DNA from: Kiritimatiellia bacterium
GTDB lineage: Bacteria > Verrucomicrobiota > Kiritimatiellia > RFP12 > UBA1067
DNA length: 64,000 nt
Reading direction: 5' to 3'
Assembly: GCA_017542055.1 (NCBI GenBank)
Contig: JAFXXW010000010.1
Location: 11,438-75,437, forward strand
Under the pieces are notes generated by a model, which did no database searches, had not been told where the DNA came from, and worked only from the letters and a program-made list of their open reading frames with translations. Position 1 is the stretch's first letter. Every line of letters begins with the position of its first letter. Positions 9,778 through 21,200 of the stretch are shown here, piece after piece. Both the position numbers and the translations under genes were made by a program.

Positions 9778-10745
9778 TGCTGGGTGCGCTGCTAGGACTG
9801 TTCGCGATCGTGGTGTGGGGGGTGACCGTAGTCAACACCCGCGCCTTGCTCGCCGACTTTTCCGCGCTGGAGATAATGGTCATCCGCTTCTTGCTGGCGT
9901 GGTTCGTTTTGTGGGTGATGAGTCCGCGCGAATTCAAGTTCGTCACGCTCTTCGGGGGGCGTCGCACCGTGCTCACCTATCGCATCTACGCCTGGATGGG
10001 TCTTTGCGGCGTGGCGTTGTACCAGTTCACCGAAAACTGCGCCATCCATTTCACCAACGCCAGCAACGTGGCCATTTTGATGTCTTTGAGCCCCATCGTG
10101 ACAGCGGTCATGGCCAAAGTCTTCCTCAAAGACCGCAACCTCGGCGTTTGGATGTGGGTGGGCTCGGCTATGGCGATTGCCGGAGGCGTCCTGGTGGGCG
10201 CCGACAACGTCCGCGATCTCCATCTCGACCCCCTTGGCGACTTCATGGTGCTGGTGACCATCGTCTGCTGGGGCGTGTATTCGCTATTGATGGACCGCAC
10301 CAACCACGTCCGGGTGAGCCCCCTCGTAGTGGTGCGCAAGGCGTTTTTCTGGTCGCTCGTGGCCATTTTGCCGGTTGCCGTCTGGGGTACCACCTCGTCC
10401 GGCCAAACGGCGCTTGACGGATCTTTCGCCATCAATCTCGATCCTGCCGTCAATCTGGCGCGGTTCGGCAAATTCTGGAATCTGTTCAATCTCGTCTTTC
10501 TCGGCGTATTCGCCTCGGCGCTCGCGTTTTCGGCGTGGAATCTGGCCAGCAAGCGGTTGGGGATGGTCAAGGCCAATATCGGGCTTTATCTGATGCCGGT
10601 GATGGGGGTGGTGGCGGCTGCGCTGTTCCTGGGCGAACGCATCACTTGGCCGGTAATACTGGGCGGCCTCCTCATTCTCGCGGGAGTGGCGGTGGCCAGC
10701 GTCAACCCTATGCGCAAAGTGGGATTTCAAGGAGCAAAGGAATAA
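9777..10745 (+). CDS. EamA/DMT-family transporter
   Basis: About 10 predicted TM helices in two EamA-like halves (MLGALLGLFAIVVWGVTVVNTR...). TGATG overlap upstream. Confidence 0.83.
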   Translation: MLGALLGLFAIVVWGVTVVNTRALLADFSALEIMVIRFLLAWFVLWVMSPREFKFVTLFGGRRTVLTYRIYAWMGLCGVALYQFTENCAIHFTNASNVAILMSLSPIVTAVMAKVFLKDRNLGVWMWVGSAMAIAGGVLVGADNVRDLHLDPLGDFMVLVTIVCWGVYSLLMDRTNHVRVSPLVVVRKAFFWSLVAILPVAVWGTTSSGQTALDGSFAINLDPAVNLARFGKFWNLFNLVFLGVFASALAFSAWNLASKRLGMVKANIGLYLMPVMGVVAAALFLGERITWPVILGGLLILAGVAVASVNPMRKVGFQGAKE

Positions 10746-10746
10746 T

Positions 10747-12048
10747 ATGACACAATTGCAAGCCGCACGTCAGGGAATCGTCACCGAAGCCATGAAAATC
10801 GTGGCGGAAGACGAGGGGCTCACCCCTGAAGCCGTGCGCGATGCCGTAGCCTCGGGCGAAGCGGTCATTCCGCTCAACATCCATCATGTCAATTGCCGTC
10901 CCGTCGGGGTGGGGCGCATGTTCACCACCAAGATCAACGCCAATCTGGGACGCAGCGTGACCCATTCCGGCAAGGGCGACGAGCTGGAAAAGCTGGCCAT
11001 CGCGCTTAAGGCCGGAGCCGACTTCGTGATGGACCTTTCGGTGGGCCAGGACATCCCCGCCATCCGTCAGGGCATGCTGGACGCCTCCAACCGACCCCTG
11101 GGCACGGTGCCGGTGTACGAAACCATTTCCCGGCTCGAGGGCGACATTCCGCAGATGGACCCCGCGTTTCTCGTTTCCGTCATCAAGGCGCAGGCCGAGC
11201 AGGGCGTGGACTTCATGACGCTGCATGCCGGACTTATGCTGGAGGACATCCCCAAGGCCATGAAGCGGCGCATGGGCATCGTGTCGCGCGGAGGCTCGAT
11301 CATGGCGGAGTGGATGATGGCCAACCACGCCCAAAATCCCCTGTGGGAGCGTTGGGACGAGATCATGGACATCCTCGCCGAGCATGACGTCACCGTGTCG
11401 TTGGGCGACGGGCTCCGGTCCGGCTGCCTGATGGACGGCTCGGACGAAGCGCAGTTTGCGGAACTGGCCAAGTTGGGCGAACTCGTCGAGCGGTGCCGGG
11501 CTCGCGGCGTGCAGGTGATGGTGGAAGGGCCCGGCCATATCGCGTTCGACCAGATCAAGATGAATATGGAGCGCGAACAGGAACTCTGCCACAAGGCGCC
11601 GTTCTATGTTTTGGGCCCCGTAGTGACCGACATCGCCCCCGGCTACGACCACATCGTTACCGCCATCGGCGCCACTGCCGCAGCCACTTACGGCGCGAGT
11701 CTCCTTTGCTACGTCACTCCGGCCGAACATCTGGGTCTGCCCGACGGCGACGAGGTGCATCAGGGGTGCATCGCCTACAAGATCGCCGCGCATGCCGGAG
11801 ACATCGCCCGCCACCATCCCCATGCACGCGATCGCGACGACCAGATGGCGCAGGCGCGGCACGATTTCTGCTGGGACGAACAGTTCGCCCTGGCGCTCGA
11901 TCCCGAACATGCCCGCAACCGTTGGCTCAAAACCCGCGCCAACGCCGACGTGGATCACGGCGACGACCATTGCTCGATGTGCGGCAAGCAGTTCTGCGCC
12001 GTGCGCACCTCAAAGCGCATCGAAAAACTCGCCGCCAACCAATCGTAA
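10747..12048 (+). CDS. thiC: phosphomethylpyrimidine synthase
   Basis: MTQLQAARQGIVTEAMK..., FTTKINANLG, VMVEGPGH, and the C-terminal Fe-S motif CSMCGKQFCAVR. Short (433 aa) ThiC form. Confidence 0.95.
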   Translation: MTQLQAARQGIVTEAMKIVAEDEGLTPEAVRDAVASGEAVIPLNIHHVNCRPVGVGRMFTTKINANLGRSVTHSGKGDELEKLAIALKAGADFVMDLSVGQDIPAIRQGMLDASNRPLGTVPVYETISRLEGDIPQMDPAFLVSVIKAQAEQGVDFMTLHAGLMLEDIPKAMKRRMGIVSRGGSIMAEWMMANHAQNPLWERWDEIMDILAEHDVTVSLGDGLRSGCLMDGSDEAQFAELAKLGELVERCRARGVQVMVEGPGHIAFDQIKMNMEREQELCHKAPFYVLGPVVTDIAPGYDHIVTAIGATAAATYGASLLCYVTPAEHLGLPDGDEVHQGCIAYKIAAHAGDIARHHPHARDRDDQMAQARHDFCWDEQFALALDPEHARNRWLKTRANADVDHGDDHCSMCGKQFCAVRTSKRIEKLAANQS

Positions 12049-12063
12049 ACGGAGGATAAAGAC

Positions 12064-12366
12064 ATGATCAAGAACATCGCTACCGAAGCCGAATTCGACG
12101 CCGCCACTTCGTCGGGCGTGCAATTGGTGGATTTTTGGGCCGTCTGGTGCGGTCCCTGCAAGATGATGGGCGCCGTCATCGACGCCAAAATCGTTCCCGT
12201 CCGTCCGGACCTGGACGTAATCAAGGTGGATGTGGACTCGTGTCCGCAATTGGCGGCGCGTTTTGGCGTGCAGTCCATCCCCACGCTCCTCGTCATGCAG
12301 GATGGCGCGGTCAAGGAAAAATTCATCGGCGTCACCCCGCCGGAAACCATTCTCGCCGCGCTCTAA
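12064..12366 (+). CDS. trxA: thioredoxin
   Basis: WAVWCGPCKMM active site; 100 aa. Confidence 0.93.
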   Translation: MIKNIATEAEFDAATSSGVQLVDFWAVWCGPCKMMGAVIDAKIVPVRPDLDVIKVDVDSCPQLAARFGVQSIPTLLVMQDGAVKEKFIGVTPPETILAAL

Positions 12367-12367
12367 G

Positions 12368-13234
12368 GTGGAACTCGACTTCCCCGAATACGCCTGTCCC
12401 TACGCCGCTCGTCTGGCGGAAAAATCTCGTCGTTTCCGGCTTCAGGTCAAGGCGGACAAGCGCGAACTGAAGGGCGGGGACGGCTTTTCGGCCGATCCTT
12501 TCGGGGAACTGTCCCGGGCCGGCAAACTCCCGGGACTCAAACAGCGCTTTCCGGATCGCGTGCTGGTGATGACGACGGACCGTTGTTTCATGACGTGCCG
12601 CCATTGCACCCGGAGGGGACTGTTCGGCCGGACGGCCATCGTGGACACCCCGGAAAAGCTCGCGGCCTGCGTCGAGTACGTCAAAGCCCATCCCAAAGTG
12701 CGCGACGTGCTCCTGTCTGGCGGGGACGTCCTTACCTTGCCCGATCGCCAGGTGATGGAATTCGTGAACGCGTTCGCCGCGCTGCCCCAGGTGGAAGTGG
12801 TGCGCGTGTGTTCGCGGGCCTTGAGCGCCAATCCGGGACGCATCACCGCACGCCTGGCCAAGCTCCTCGGACAAAGCGGCAAGGTGTGGTTCAACACCCA
12901 GTTCAACTGCGCCGACGAAGTCACCCCCGAAGCCGTCCATGCCGCCAAACTGCTGGTGGAGCGCGGCATCCCGGTGAGCTGCCAGACCGTGCTTTTGAAA
13001 GGCGTCAACGATTCCGGCCCAGAAATGCTCCGATTGCTCCGGAAGCTCTCGGTTGCGCGCATCCGTCCCTATTACGTCTTTTTGTGCGACCCCGTCTCCG
13101 GCATCGACCATTTCCGGGTGGATGCCGACCAAGCCCGCCAGATCGAAAACTATTGCGCCGAACGCATCGGGGGATTGGCGCTTCCTCGTTTCGTCCGGGA
13201 CGTGCCCGGCGCCAAAAGGAAACTCCCCGTATGA
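12368..13234 (+). CDS. KamA-family radical SAM protein (lysine 2,3-aminomutase-like)
   Basis: RFPDRVLVMTTDRCFMTCRHCTRR (CxxxCxxC) and LSGGDVLTL. GTG 12368 chosen as the first start after the trxA stop, in frame with track ORF 12230..13234. Confidence 0.83.
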   Translation: MELDFPEYACPYAARLAEKSRRFRLQVKADKRELKGGDGFSADPFGELSRAGKLPGLKQRFPDRVLVMTTDRCFMTCRHCTRRGLFGRTAIVDTPEKLAACVEYVKAHPKVRDVLLSGGDVLTLPDRQVMEFVNAFAALPQVEVVRVCSRALSANPGRITARLAKLLGQSGKVWFNTQFNCADEVTPEAVHAAKLLVERGIPVSCQTVLLKGVNDSGPEMLRLLRKLSVARIRPYYVFLCDPVSGIDHFRVDADQARQIENYCAERIGGLALPRFVRDVPGAKRKLPV

Positions 13235-13971
13235 ATACGCTCATCACCGGTGCTTCTTCCGGAATCGGCCAGGCGCTCGCGTTCGCTTGCGCCAAGCGCG
13301 GCGACCGGCTGTTCCTGTGCGGACGCGACCGGGCCCGACTGGACGAGGTGGCCGCCCGGTGCCGCGAACTGGGCGCCAAGGAAGTGGCCGCCGAAACGGT
13401 TGACGTCACCCAGCCGGCCACCACGCGCGACTTTATCGAACGCGCCGACGAATTGGCCGCGCTCGACTTGGTGTTCGCCAATGCCGGAGTTTCCACCGGA
13501 GCCGAAACCGAACGCAATGTCCGCAATACTTTTTCGGTCAACGTGATGGGCGTGGTCAACACCGTCTTGCCCGCCATCGACCTCATGACGGAGCGCGGAA
13601 GGGGACAAATCGCCATCACCGCTTCCATTGCGGGGTACGGTCCCCTGTTCGCCTGCCCCAGCTACAGCGCCACCAAAGCTTGCGTCAAGACGTGGGGCCT
13701 GGCGTTGCGCGGCTATTTGAAGCCCAAGGGCGTGGGCGTATCGGTGATTTGTCCCGGCTTCGTCCGCTCGCGCATCACGGACCGGAACACCTGTCCCATG
13801 CCGTTTTTCATGGAGGCCGACAAAGCCGCCCAGATCATTCTTAAAGGCGTATCCGCCAATCGGGCGCTTGTCGCCTTTCCTTGGATCATGCGGTTCGGCG
13901 CGTGGTTCATGGGCGCGGTTCCGTATGTTTTGAGCGAATTCGTCAACCGCTTCCTGCCCAAAAAGAACTGA
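13231..13971 (+). CDS. short-chain dehydrogenase/reductase
   Basis: TGASSGIGQALA (TGxxxGxG), NAGV, YSATKACV (YxxxK). ATGA overlap upstream. Confidence 0.87.
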   Translation: MNTLITGASSGIGQALAFACAKRGDRLFLCGRDRARLDEVAARCRELGAKEVAAETVDVTQPATTRDFIERADELAALDLVFANAGVSTGAETERNVRNTFSVNVMGVVNTVLPAIDLMTERGRGQIAITASIAGYGPLFACPSYSATKACVKTWGLALRGYLKPKGVGVSVICPGFVRSRITDRNTCPMPFFMEADKAAQIILKGVSANRALVAFPWIMRFGAWFMGAVPYVLSEFVNRFLPKKN

Positions 13972-13973
13972 CC

Positions 13974-15161
13974 ATGCTGCTGTTGTCGATTTTGCTGGCC
14001 GTTGTCGATTTGGCGGAAGTGTTCGAACACGATTCCGCCTGGGACCGTCCGCCTTCCGCCTACACCAAGCTTTCGCACCGTCATGACCTGGAGTGGAAGG
14101 GCGCCAAGATCGTCGATTGGCGGCTCGTGCCGGAAGGGAGCGGCGTAGGGCGGGTGGAGCTCAATCTCTACAATCGCGGCGACGACAAGACGGGGGCGGG
14201 CATGTCCGAAGCGGAACTCAAGGACCTGCTGGAGCGGAGCATTCCCGGTATCGATCTGTCCAAGGCCGTGCGGCGCAAAATCAAGGCCGGCTCCTTCCAG
14301 TACGAATGTTCGAGCGACAAGTCCAAGCCCGCCATCGAAGCCGGCTGGGGCGTTTCCGACGGCAAGGTGGACTATTTGCGGGTGTCGCTGATGAAGTCGG
14401 CCAAGAAAAAGTCGGCCGTCCAAAAATCCGTTTCCGGCAAGGCGTCCAAGGCCAAAATCGCCGCCAATGTCCGCAAGGAATCGAACGGCGACGTGTGGAT
14501 AAACAACATCCCGATGGTGGATCAGGGCGACAAAGGCTACTGCGCGGTTGCCACTTGCGAACGCGTCTTGCGCTATTACGGCGAGACGGTAGACGAGCAT
14601 CAGCTGGCCCAGATGGCGGGCACTACCGCCAAAGACGGCACTTCCTCGTCGGCGATGAAGGAAACGGTCAAGACCATCGGCAGCAAGTTCCGGCTGGGCT
14701 ACAACGATATTTTCTCCGCCATCGCCTCCCGCAAGGACATCCTCAAGGACCTGGAGCTCTACAACAAGTCCGCCAAGGCGCTCAAGCGTCCGGAACTGGA
14801 CGAGCGCGACTTTTATGTCGGCAACACGTTCATGGTGCCGATGATGCGCGAGGCGATGGAGCCGGAGGTGCTCTTGCGGATGCGCGCCAAAGACCCCCGC
14901 TTCAAGAAGTTTGTCGCTTCCGTCAAGTCCCGCATCGACGAGGGCATCCCGGTCTTTTGGGGCGTCACCTTGGGGATTTTCCCCGAGCCCGACATCCCCC
15001 AGGCCAATGGCGGCCACATGCGGCTCATCATCGGCTACAACGTCAAGACGGAAGAATTCATCTTTTCCGACAGTTGGGGCGATCGCCACGCCTTCAAGCG
15101 CATGCGCGCCGACCAGGCCTTCGCCATCACCAACAACGCCTACACGCTCCGCCCCCTTTGA
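13974..15161 (+). CDS. secreted/anchored papain-fold cysteine peptidase, C39-like
   Basis: N-terminal hydrophobic MLLLSILLAVV. Candidate Cys/His/Asp triad in C39-like contexts: QGDKGYCAVATCERVLRYYG, GGHMRLIIGYN, FSDSWG. The N-terminal ~190 aa are unassigned. Confidence 0.7.
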   Translation: MLLLSILLAVVDLAEVFEHDSAWDRPPSAYTKLSHRHDLEWKGAKIVDWRLVPEGSGVGRVELNLYNRGDDKTGAGMSEAELKDLLERSIPGIDLSKAVRRKIKAGSFQYECSSDKSKPAIEAGWGVSDGKVDYLRVSLMKSAKKKSAVQKSVSGKASKAKIAANVRKESNGDVWINNIPMVDQGDKGYCAVATCERVLRYYGETVDEHQLAQMAGTTAKDGTSSSAMKETVKTIGSKFRLGYNDIFSAIASRKDILKDLELYNKSAKALKRPELDERDFYVGNTFMVPMMREAMEPEVLLRMRAKDPRFKKFVASVKSRIDEGIPVFWGVTLGIFPEPDIPQANGGHMRLIIGYNVKTEEFIFSDSWGDRHAFKRMRADQAFAITNNAYTLRPL

Positions 15162-15207
15162 TTGCGCCGCGAGGGGCGTTTTTCCGCATCGAACCGGCAG
15201 ATTTCTC

Positions 15208-15236
15208 TTGCTTTTCGGGCGGAAATATGATATAAT
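15208..15236 (+). promoter_or_regulatory. promoter cassette P2 (TTGCTT-17-TATAAT) for the giant gene
   Basis: ttgctt ttcgggcggaaatatga tataat. AAGGAG Shine-Dalgarno at 15259-15264, ATG at 15273. Confidence 0.68.
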
Positions 15237-15272
15237 ATTTATAAATATGATTAAAAGCAAGGAGCCTAACCT

Positions 15273-18200
15273 ATGAAGAGACTTTTGCTGGCCGTTTTGC
15301 TTGCAAGCGCGGGTTTGCATACTTTTGCAGCCGAATACGCTTTCGATTACCGCAATCCCCAAGCCTGGGCGGGGAAGCCGTCCTTGGCAGTTGGCGACCA
15401 GGTGGCGCTCACCCTCGCCGAAGATCTGGCCTTCACGCTCCGGATCGTGTCCGCGCCGCCTCCCGGCATCGCCGGCCAGTCGTTCATCGCGAATGTGGAG
15501 GGCGCAGGCGCGTCCGCCATCCTGAAGGCCACCAAGAAGGGTCTCCGGGTGACGATCGACGACTTCGAGCACTCCAAACTCTATACCGCCACCTATCGTG
15601 ACGGCGAGGTTAAGGTGAAGATCGATGATACGTCTTCGAGCGGACCGGAAGAGTGCGGCACTTGCGGCGAGTCGCTTGAATTGCCGGCCATCGAGACGAC
15701 TGACACCACTCCCGTTACGGCCAAACGCAAGCTCCTTGCTACAAGCGGCGATGCATTTCAGATGGCTGCACAGAAAAGCGTGGTCGATATTCTCGTGGCA
15801 TTCGATCAGGGGGCGAAAGCGTGGGCGGAAAATGTTAGCAACTGGGGTGGACAGACTGACGATTCCATCGAGGAATTCGCCGATTATGCCGTAGGCAAGA
15901 TGAATACGGTGCTTGCGAACTCGCAGCTTGATGACAAGTTTTGCTATCGGTTGGTTGGGGTCATTGAGATTGATGGCACATGGACTGCAATCAACAATGC
16001 ACTGCTCTTGAGCATGCGCGCTCGCGAGGGCGCGTTCGCAAAACTTTCGCAGTTGCGGGATAAGTATGGAGCCGATACAATAACACTCCTCGTCAATCGG
16101 ACGAGCGGCACGACTTCGGGCATAGGGTTCGAATATGACGAGAAGTACCAATACCCTTCGAGTTTTGATGGAATGAATTACGCCTGTAACGTGTGCGACA
16201 GCAACACTGTTTATAGCCGCTACACGATGAGCCACGAGACAGGCCATAACATGGGTTGCGGACACAGCAACCGGCAGGGCGACAATTCCGGTCCCGGACG
16301 CTTTTCGTACTCGTGCGGCTACCATTTCACGGATACCAGCAATGTCAAACGACACACGGTTATGGCGTATGAATACGCTGGCGACGGTGATAACGATAAA
16401 CACATTGCTATCCCATATTTCTCTGCCCCCGGTATCTCGCCAACGGAGTATGGATGCGCATTGGGCGTAGAGGGAATAAATGACAACCGCCAGACACTGC
16501 AAATGACCCATGCCGATATTGCCAGTCTGCGCGAACATGTTTTGCCGTACGACTGGGATGTAAAGTTTCTGGACAATGATGGCAACGAAATTCCGGATGG
16601 TACGTACTATCCGTCATCATGCAATGTGACTTTTGCCCACTCGAATCCGGATGCCAAAATCTATTATACGCAAGATGGCACAACGCCGACTTCAGACTCT
16701 AGCCATTGTAGCCCAGGAGATAAGATTACGGTTTATCTGTACTCGCCCAAGACGATTACCGCCTGTGCCGTAACGAACAGCGTTGCTATTTCTACGCGTT
16801 CGATAACTTTAAAGGGTGGCTTGACATGGAGCGGCGACGAGAACGGCTATGGCGTTTGGGCGAGTAACGACAGTTCGAAGACGCCTTGGAGTGGCGAACA
16901 CTTTGGCGGCGACCCTGTTGTATTCCCCGATTTGGCTGATATTGCTTGCGCGACTGTGATGGTGCAAGATGCGGTGTCGCCGGAATCCGTGTGGTTCAGG
17001 GCGTGCGATACGGGCTATGTTTTCGACAAGGGCTCGAATGCGGCGCAGATCAATGTGCCAGATACTGCCTTCGCTCCTGCTGGCGATGTCACTTTCAATG
17101 TACCGGTTAAGTTGGAGGACGCGGTTGCGTTCACCAATCAGACGGGTACTGCGCTTACGTTCAACGCCCCATTCGGGCAGACGATCGATTCGAATGGCGG
17201 ATCCTTTGCCGGCAAGGTCAACATTGGTTCATACGGCACTCTGACCGTTGCGCCTGGTGCAGGCAAGACGCAGACCTTGGAAAAACTCAATAATGACAAC
17301 TGGTACTACGCCACTTCGACCTTCCGAGTGGGTGAAGGTACGGTTGTGTTCAATGGCACAATCAATGGCGGCAACGGAGTGACTGGCCGTACCAAACTGG
17401 AAGTAGGTAATGGCGGCAGCCTCATCTTCAATCAGGGAGGAGGAACTGGCTATGATATGGACAATACCTCGCTTACTGTCGAAAAAGGCGGGACAGTCAC
17501 ATTCAACGACATGGAACTCCTGAAGCGAACCTTGTACCTGAATGGCGGTACCATCTATGTCAACCGATTCGATCTAATGAGCAATCCGGGCATTTATGTT
17601 ACTGACGACTCTGCAATTGAAGATAATACTGAAGGCTATATCTATCTTCGAGGTTCCGATTCGGAAATCAACGTCTCGGACGGCAAGACGCTAATATTCG
17701 GTATTAGGACCGACAACAGAACTGACACAGCTGGCAATGGCATCGTCAAGAAGGGTGGCGGTACGCTTGTTGCGAACAAAGAGCTGAAGCACTCTGGCGT
17801 AACTAAAGTTGATAGTGGCACTATTGAGGTCGGCTATTCGTCTGGTTCGACCGTGTACGGTCAGGGCTGGACAGTTGCTTCAAACTCGACGCTTCGCGTG
17901 AAGAGCGGTTGTTCACTGAAGGTTCCGTCGCTCACGCTAGACCCGACTTCCATCATATCTCTTCCTGCGGCAACATCTGCTCCATTGGTCGTAAACGGCA
18001 ATGTCGATTTGACGGAAGTCAAGCTTTCGATTCAGGATATCGGCGACCTGTCGCTCGGTGCCAGCTATCCGCTCATTTCGGCGACTGGCGAAATATCGGG
18101 ACTTAAGGATTTTATCCGCCAAGACTGGCCGCGTCCCGCTGACGGACTTGGCTGGAAAGTGGCGGTGTTGGATGGCGTCCTTACCGCTTCAATCGTGGAT

Positions 18201-21200
18201 ATTGCAGACGCCGATCCGTATATTGATTTCACAACCAATATCTCCGGTCTTCGTCCGACTATTCCTGAAGATGCTACCATGTCGTCAGCTGGCGGACTCC
18301 AGATTGGATCCTCGCCGATTGTGATTGACGGACTTACCACGAATGCAGTCGGCGTAACCCTTGATGTGACAATTGGCGAACCGACGGCTGCAGAAAGGAC
18401 TATTTGCTCTTGGGTTGTTGATGGCAATATCGCAAGATGTGTTGTCACCAACGGGGTGCTTGATTGTTTTCATGGCACCGATGGCCATGTTAAAAATGAC
18501 GTGGACTTCCTCACGCTCTCGCCCGGTCGCCATGTGATCAATGTCGGCTACAAATCGCTCAACGATACCACATATGGTGGGACGTTCGTTTATGTGGATG
18601 GAACACTTGCCTATCGTGCAGCCGGTCTCAGATGGAGCGACAAGAGCGTTTCTAAATTTACAGTCGGCGCAACCGCAGCCGATACTCCCGACAAGCAGCC
18701 GTATACGGGTCTCGTTGTGCACAATTTTGCCCTAATGAACGAATCTTCGTCCGACCCGCTCCCCAACATGACTTCGTCTGGAGGAACGGTTGAGTACGAC
18801 TACTTTGCCGGCAAGCCGCCATGCGTGTTCGCGCTAACGCCTGATGGCGCATTCGAGACCTACGGCGCTATTCTTTCCGGTGCTTTCTCCGGCCAATATG
18901 ACGCGCTCTCGGTTTCGATAGTCGCTTCGTTCCCTGCAAATGCCACCGGCACTATCGTCAGTTCGGCCGTGCTGGATGGCTACTATGGGTACTCCACCCA
19001 GGTGGAGTATCGCGGCAACGGAGTCTTGGCTTTCCGCGACAATGGCAACGGTTCCTTGATTGCGTCGGTTCAGGTCTCTGCCGACATGTCTACCGAGCAC
19101 CTGTACACCTTGACTTATACGAATGGCACCGGCTACAAGCTTTACCTGGACGGCACCGAGGTATTGTCCAATGAAGACCATTACAAGGGCAACAATATGC
19201 CGATTATAAACCGGGTCGTATTCGGCTGTGGCTACTGGACCAACTGGATGACTAGCTACAACGACAATCCCAATCCCATTTCCAACCTGAAGGTTTATGC
19301 CTCGCATATCGCGCTTGGGACGGACGATCGGACCGTCTCGGAAACTCCGGTGAAAGAAGCGACTGGCTATGATTCAGAAGAGCCGGATCCGGAGCCGCCT
19401 GCGACACCGGCTGTGGTGGATGTGCTGGTGGCGTACGACAACGGGGCGTACAATTACGTGACGAGCCGTAGCCGGACGCTCGAGGAGTTTGCCCAGACGC
19501 AGATCGAGAGGATGAACAAAGTGCTGGTCACGAACAAGCTCGACCGGTTCTACTCTTACCGCTTGGTAGGGGTCTGCCGCGTCAATGAAGGTTATTCGGA
19601 TATCAACAATGTCGCCACTCTAGTCGCGGAAGGGGAAGGACCTTGCGCTTCGCTCAGGGCGGCGCGTGAAATGTGCGGCGCGGATACTGTCACATTGTTG
19701 GTGAATACAAGCGGCAGCACGCTTGGCAACAGTCTGCAAATCGACTACCGGGATGACGTTCCCGGTCAGCACGACTGCGCGTACAGCGTGTGCTCGATTG
19801 CTTGGGTGGACTCCAACGAGCAGTACACGATGCTTCATGAAAACGCCCACACGATGGGCTGCGGACACGCCAGAGCGCAATATACCGAAGACGATTTGGC
19901 CCAGGATCCCGACAAGTACTCGTACGGCTACTATTTCACCGACGAAAACAGCGTAAATCGCCACACCATTATGGCTTACGGCAATAACGCCTCGCCGTAT
20001 TTCTCGACCACCTCAAGCGAGTTCGGCTACAAGCTTGGCGACAGTACCAACAACAATGCCCGGGTCTTGAAAGAAACGTGTGCGGATGTGTCCAGGTGGC
20101 GCGATAACGTGAAGCCCTTGGGCGATGTAGTTGCCGCAACCGATGAAGACGGCAACGAAGTCTTTTCCGGTCGTTTGTTTAAAGATACCTTGAAAGTTAC
20201 CATTACTGCGCCAGTCGAAAATGCAACACTTTACTATACGTTTGATGGTACCGACCCAACCTTGAGCAATTATTTCTCCACCCAGCCGTCTCCATTCACT
20301 TTCAATTTCAATGTTACCAGTAATCTCAAGGTGGCCTATTATGACGGGGATAAGCTGTCTCCTGTACGTACGGTCAAAGTCACCAAGTGCGACAATATTC
20401 CCGGTGAGGGCGTTTGGCAGACTAGTCTCAAGTTCCCTTGGGCGGTAGAGGGAGATACGATCCGCAGCTACAACCATACCGATTATTCGGCGAAGAACAA
20501 AAATTGCACCACGCCGCTCTCGGCAACCATTGAAGGCCCCAAGGTGCTTTCGTTCAAGCACAAGTCGTACTTCTTTGGCTCTGATCTAGGCAGCAACTAT
20601 TCCCACTTTGAGGTGTTGCTGGACGATTCGATCGTACTCTCCGCCAACAACTACAACCTCGAATGGAGCGACGACGTAAAGGTATCGATTCCGGCCGGCA
20701 AACATACGGTGCAGTTTGTCTACTTGCAACGGAATGCCATGAACGATTCTTCCGACTACAAGGACGGCGATCCTAAAGCCAACGATGCCGTGTGGCTCAA
20801 AGATATCGTACTTTCCGACCCGGAGGAGCCGGAATCGGCAGATCCCTGCGACACCTTCTTCGAGTGGACGCCTGGCAGTGCGCCAACCGGTTGGTTCACC
20901 GAATGGGGCGGCGAGGATCAAGGCGGCACTCATAATGTTGTCGCACCAGACGGTAGTATGCAGGATCTGTACGTTACGTACTATGATGGCGATAGCAATT
21001 CCCAGAAGTGGATTCCTTGGGAAAGCAATGCCAACCCCGAATCGCTTGACAACTACACCTTTATGGTGTACGGCAATATCGACGATGTCAATCCTTCAAC
21101 CGGCAAGCTGGCCGTTCTTTGGGATATGGGCTTCAATGGCAAGCAGAATACTATCCTGGCCAAGGATGCTGCCGGCAATGTCAAACTTATCCAGGCCAAC

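Noticed and set aside
15164-15183. Possible rho-independent terminator after the C39-like peptidase (gcgccgcgaggggcg + ttttt)
   Set aside because: Only a ~4-bp G:C stem can be drawn before the T5 run. This is too weak to call without folding energies.
13713-16538. 941-aa minus-strand ORF spanning the SDR, the C39-like peptidase and the start of the giant gene
   Set aside because: Shadow ORF typical of high-GC DNA. It lies antisense to three genes with recognisable motifs and crosses an obvious promoter and intergenic region. The translation is low-complexity (R/G/A/H-rich) with no motif.
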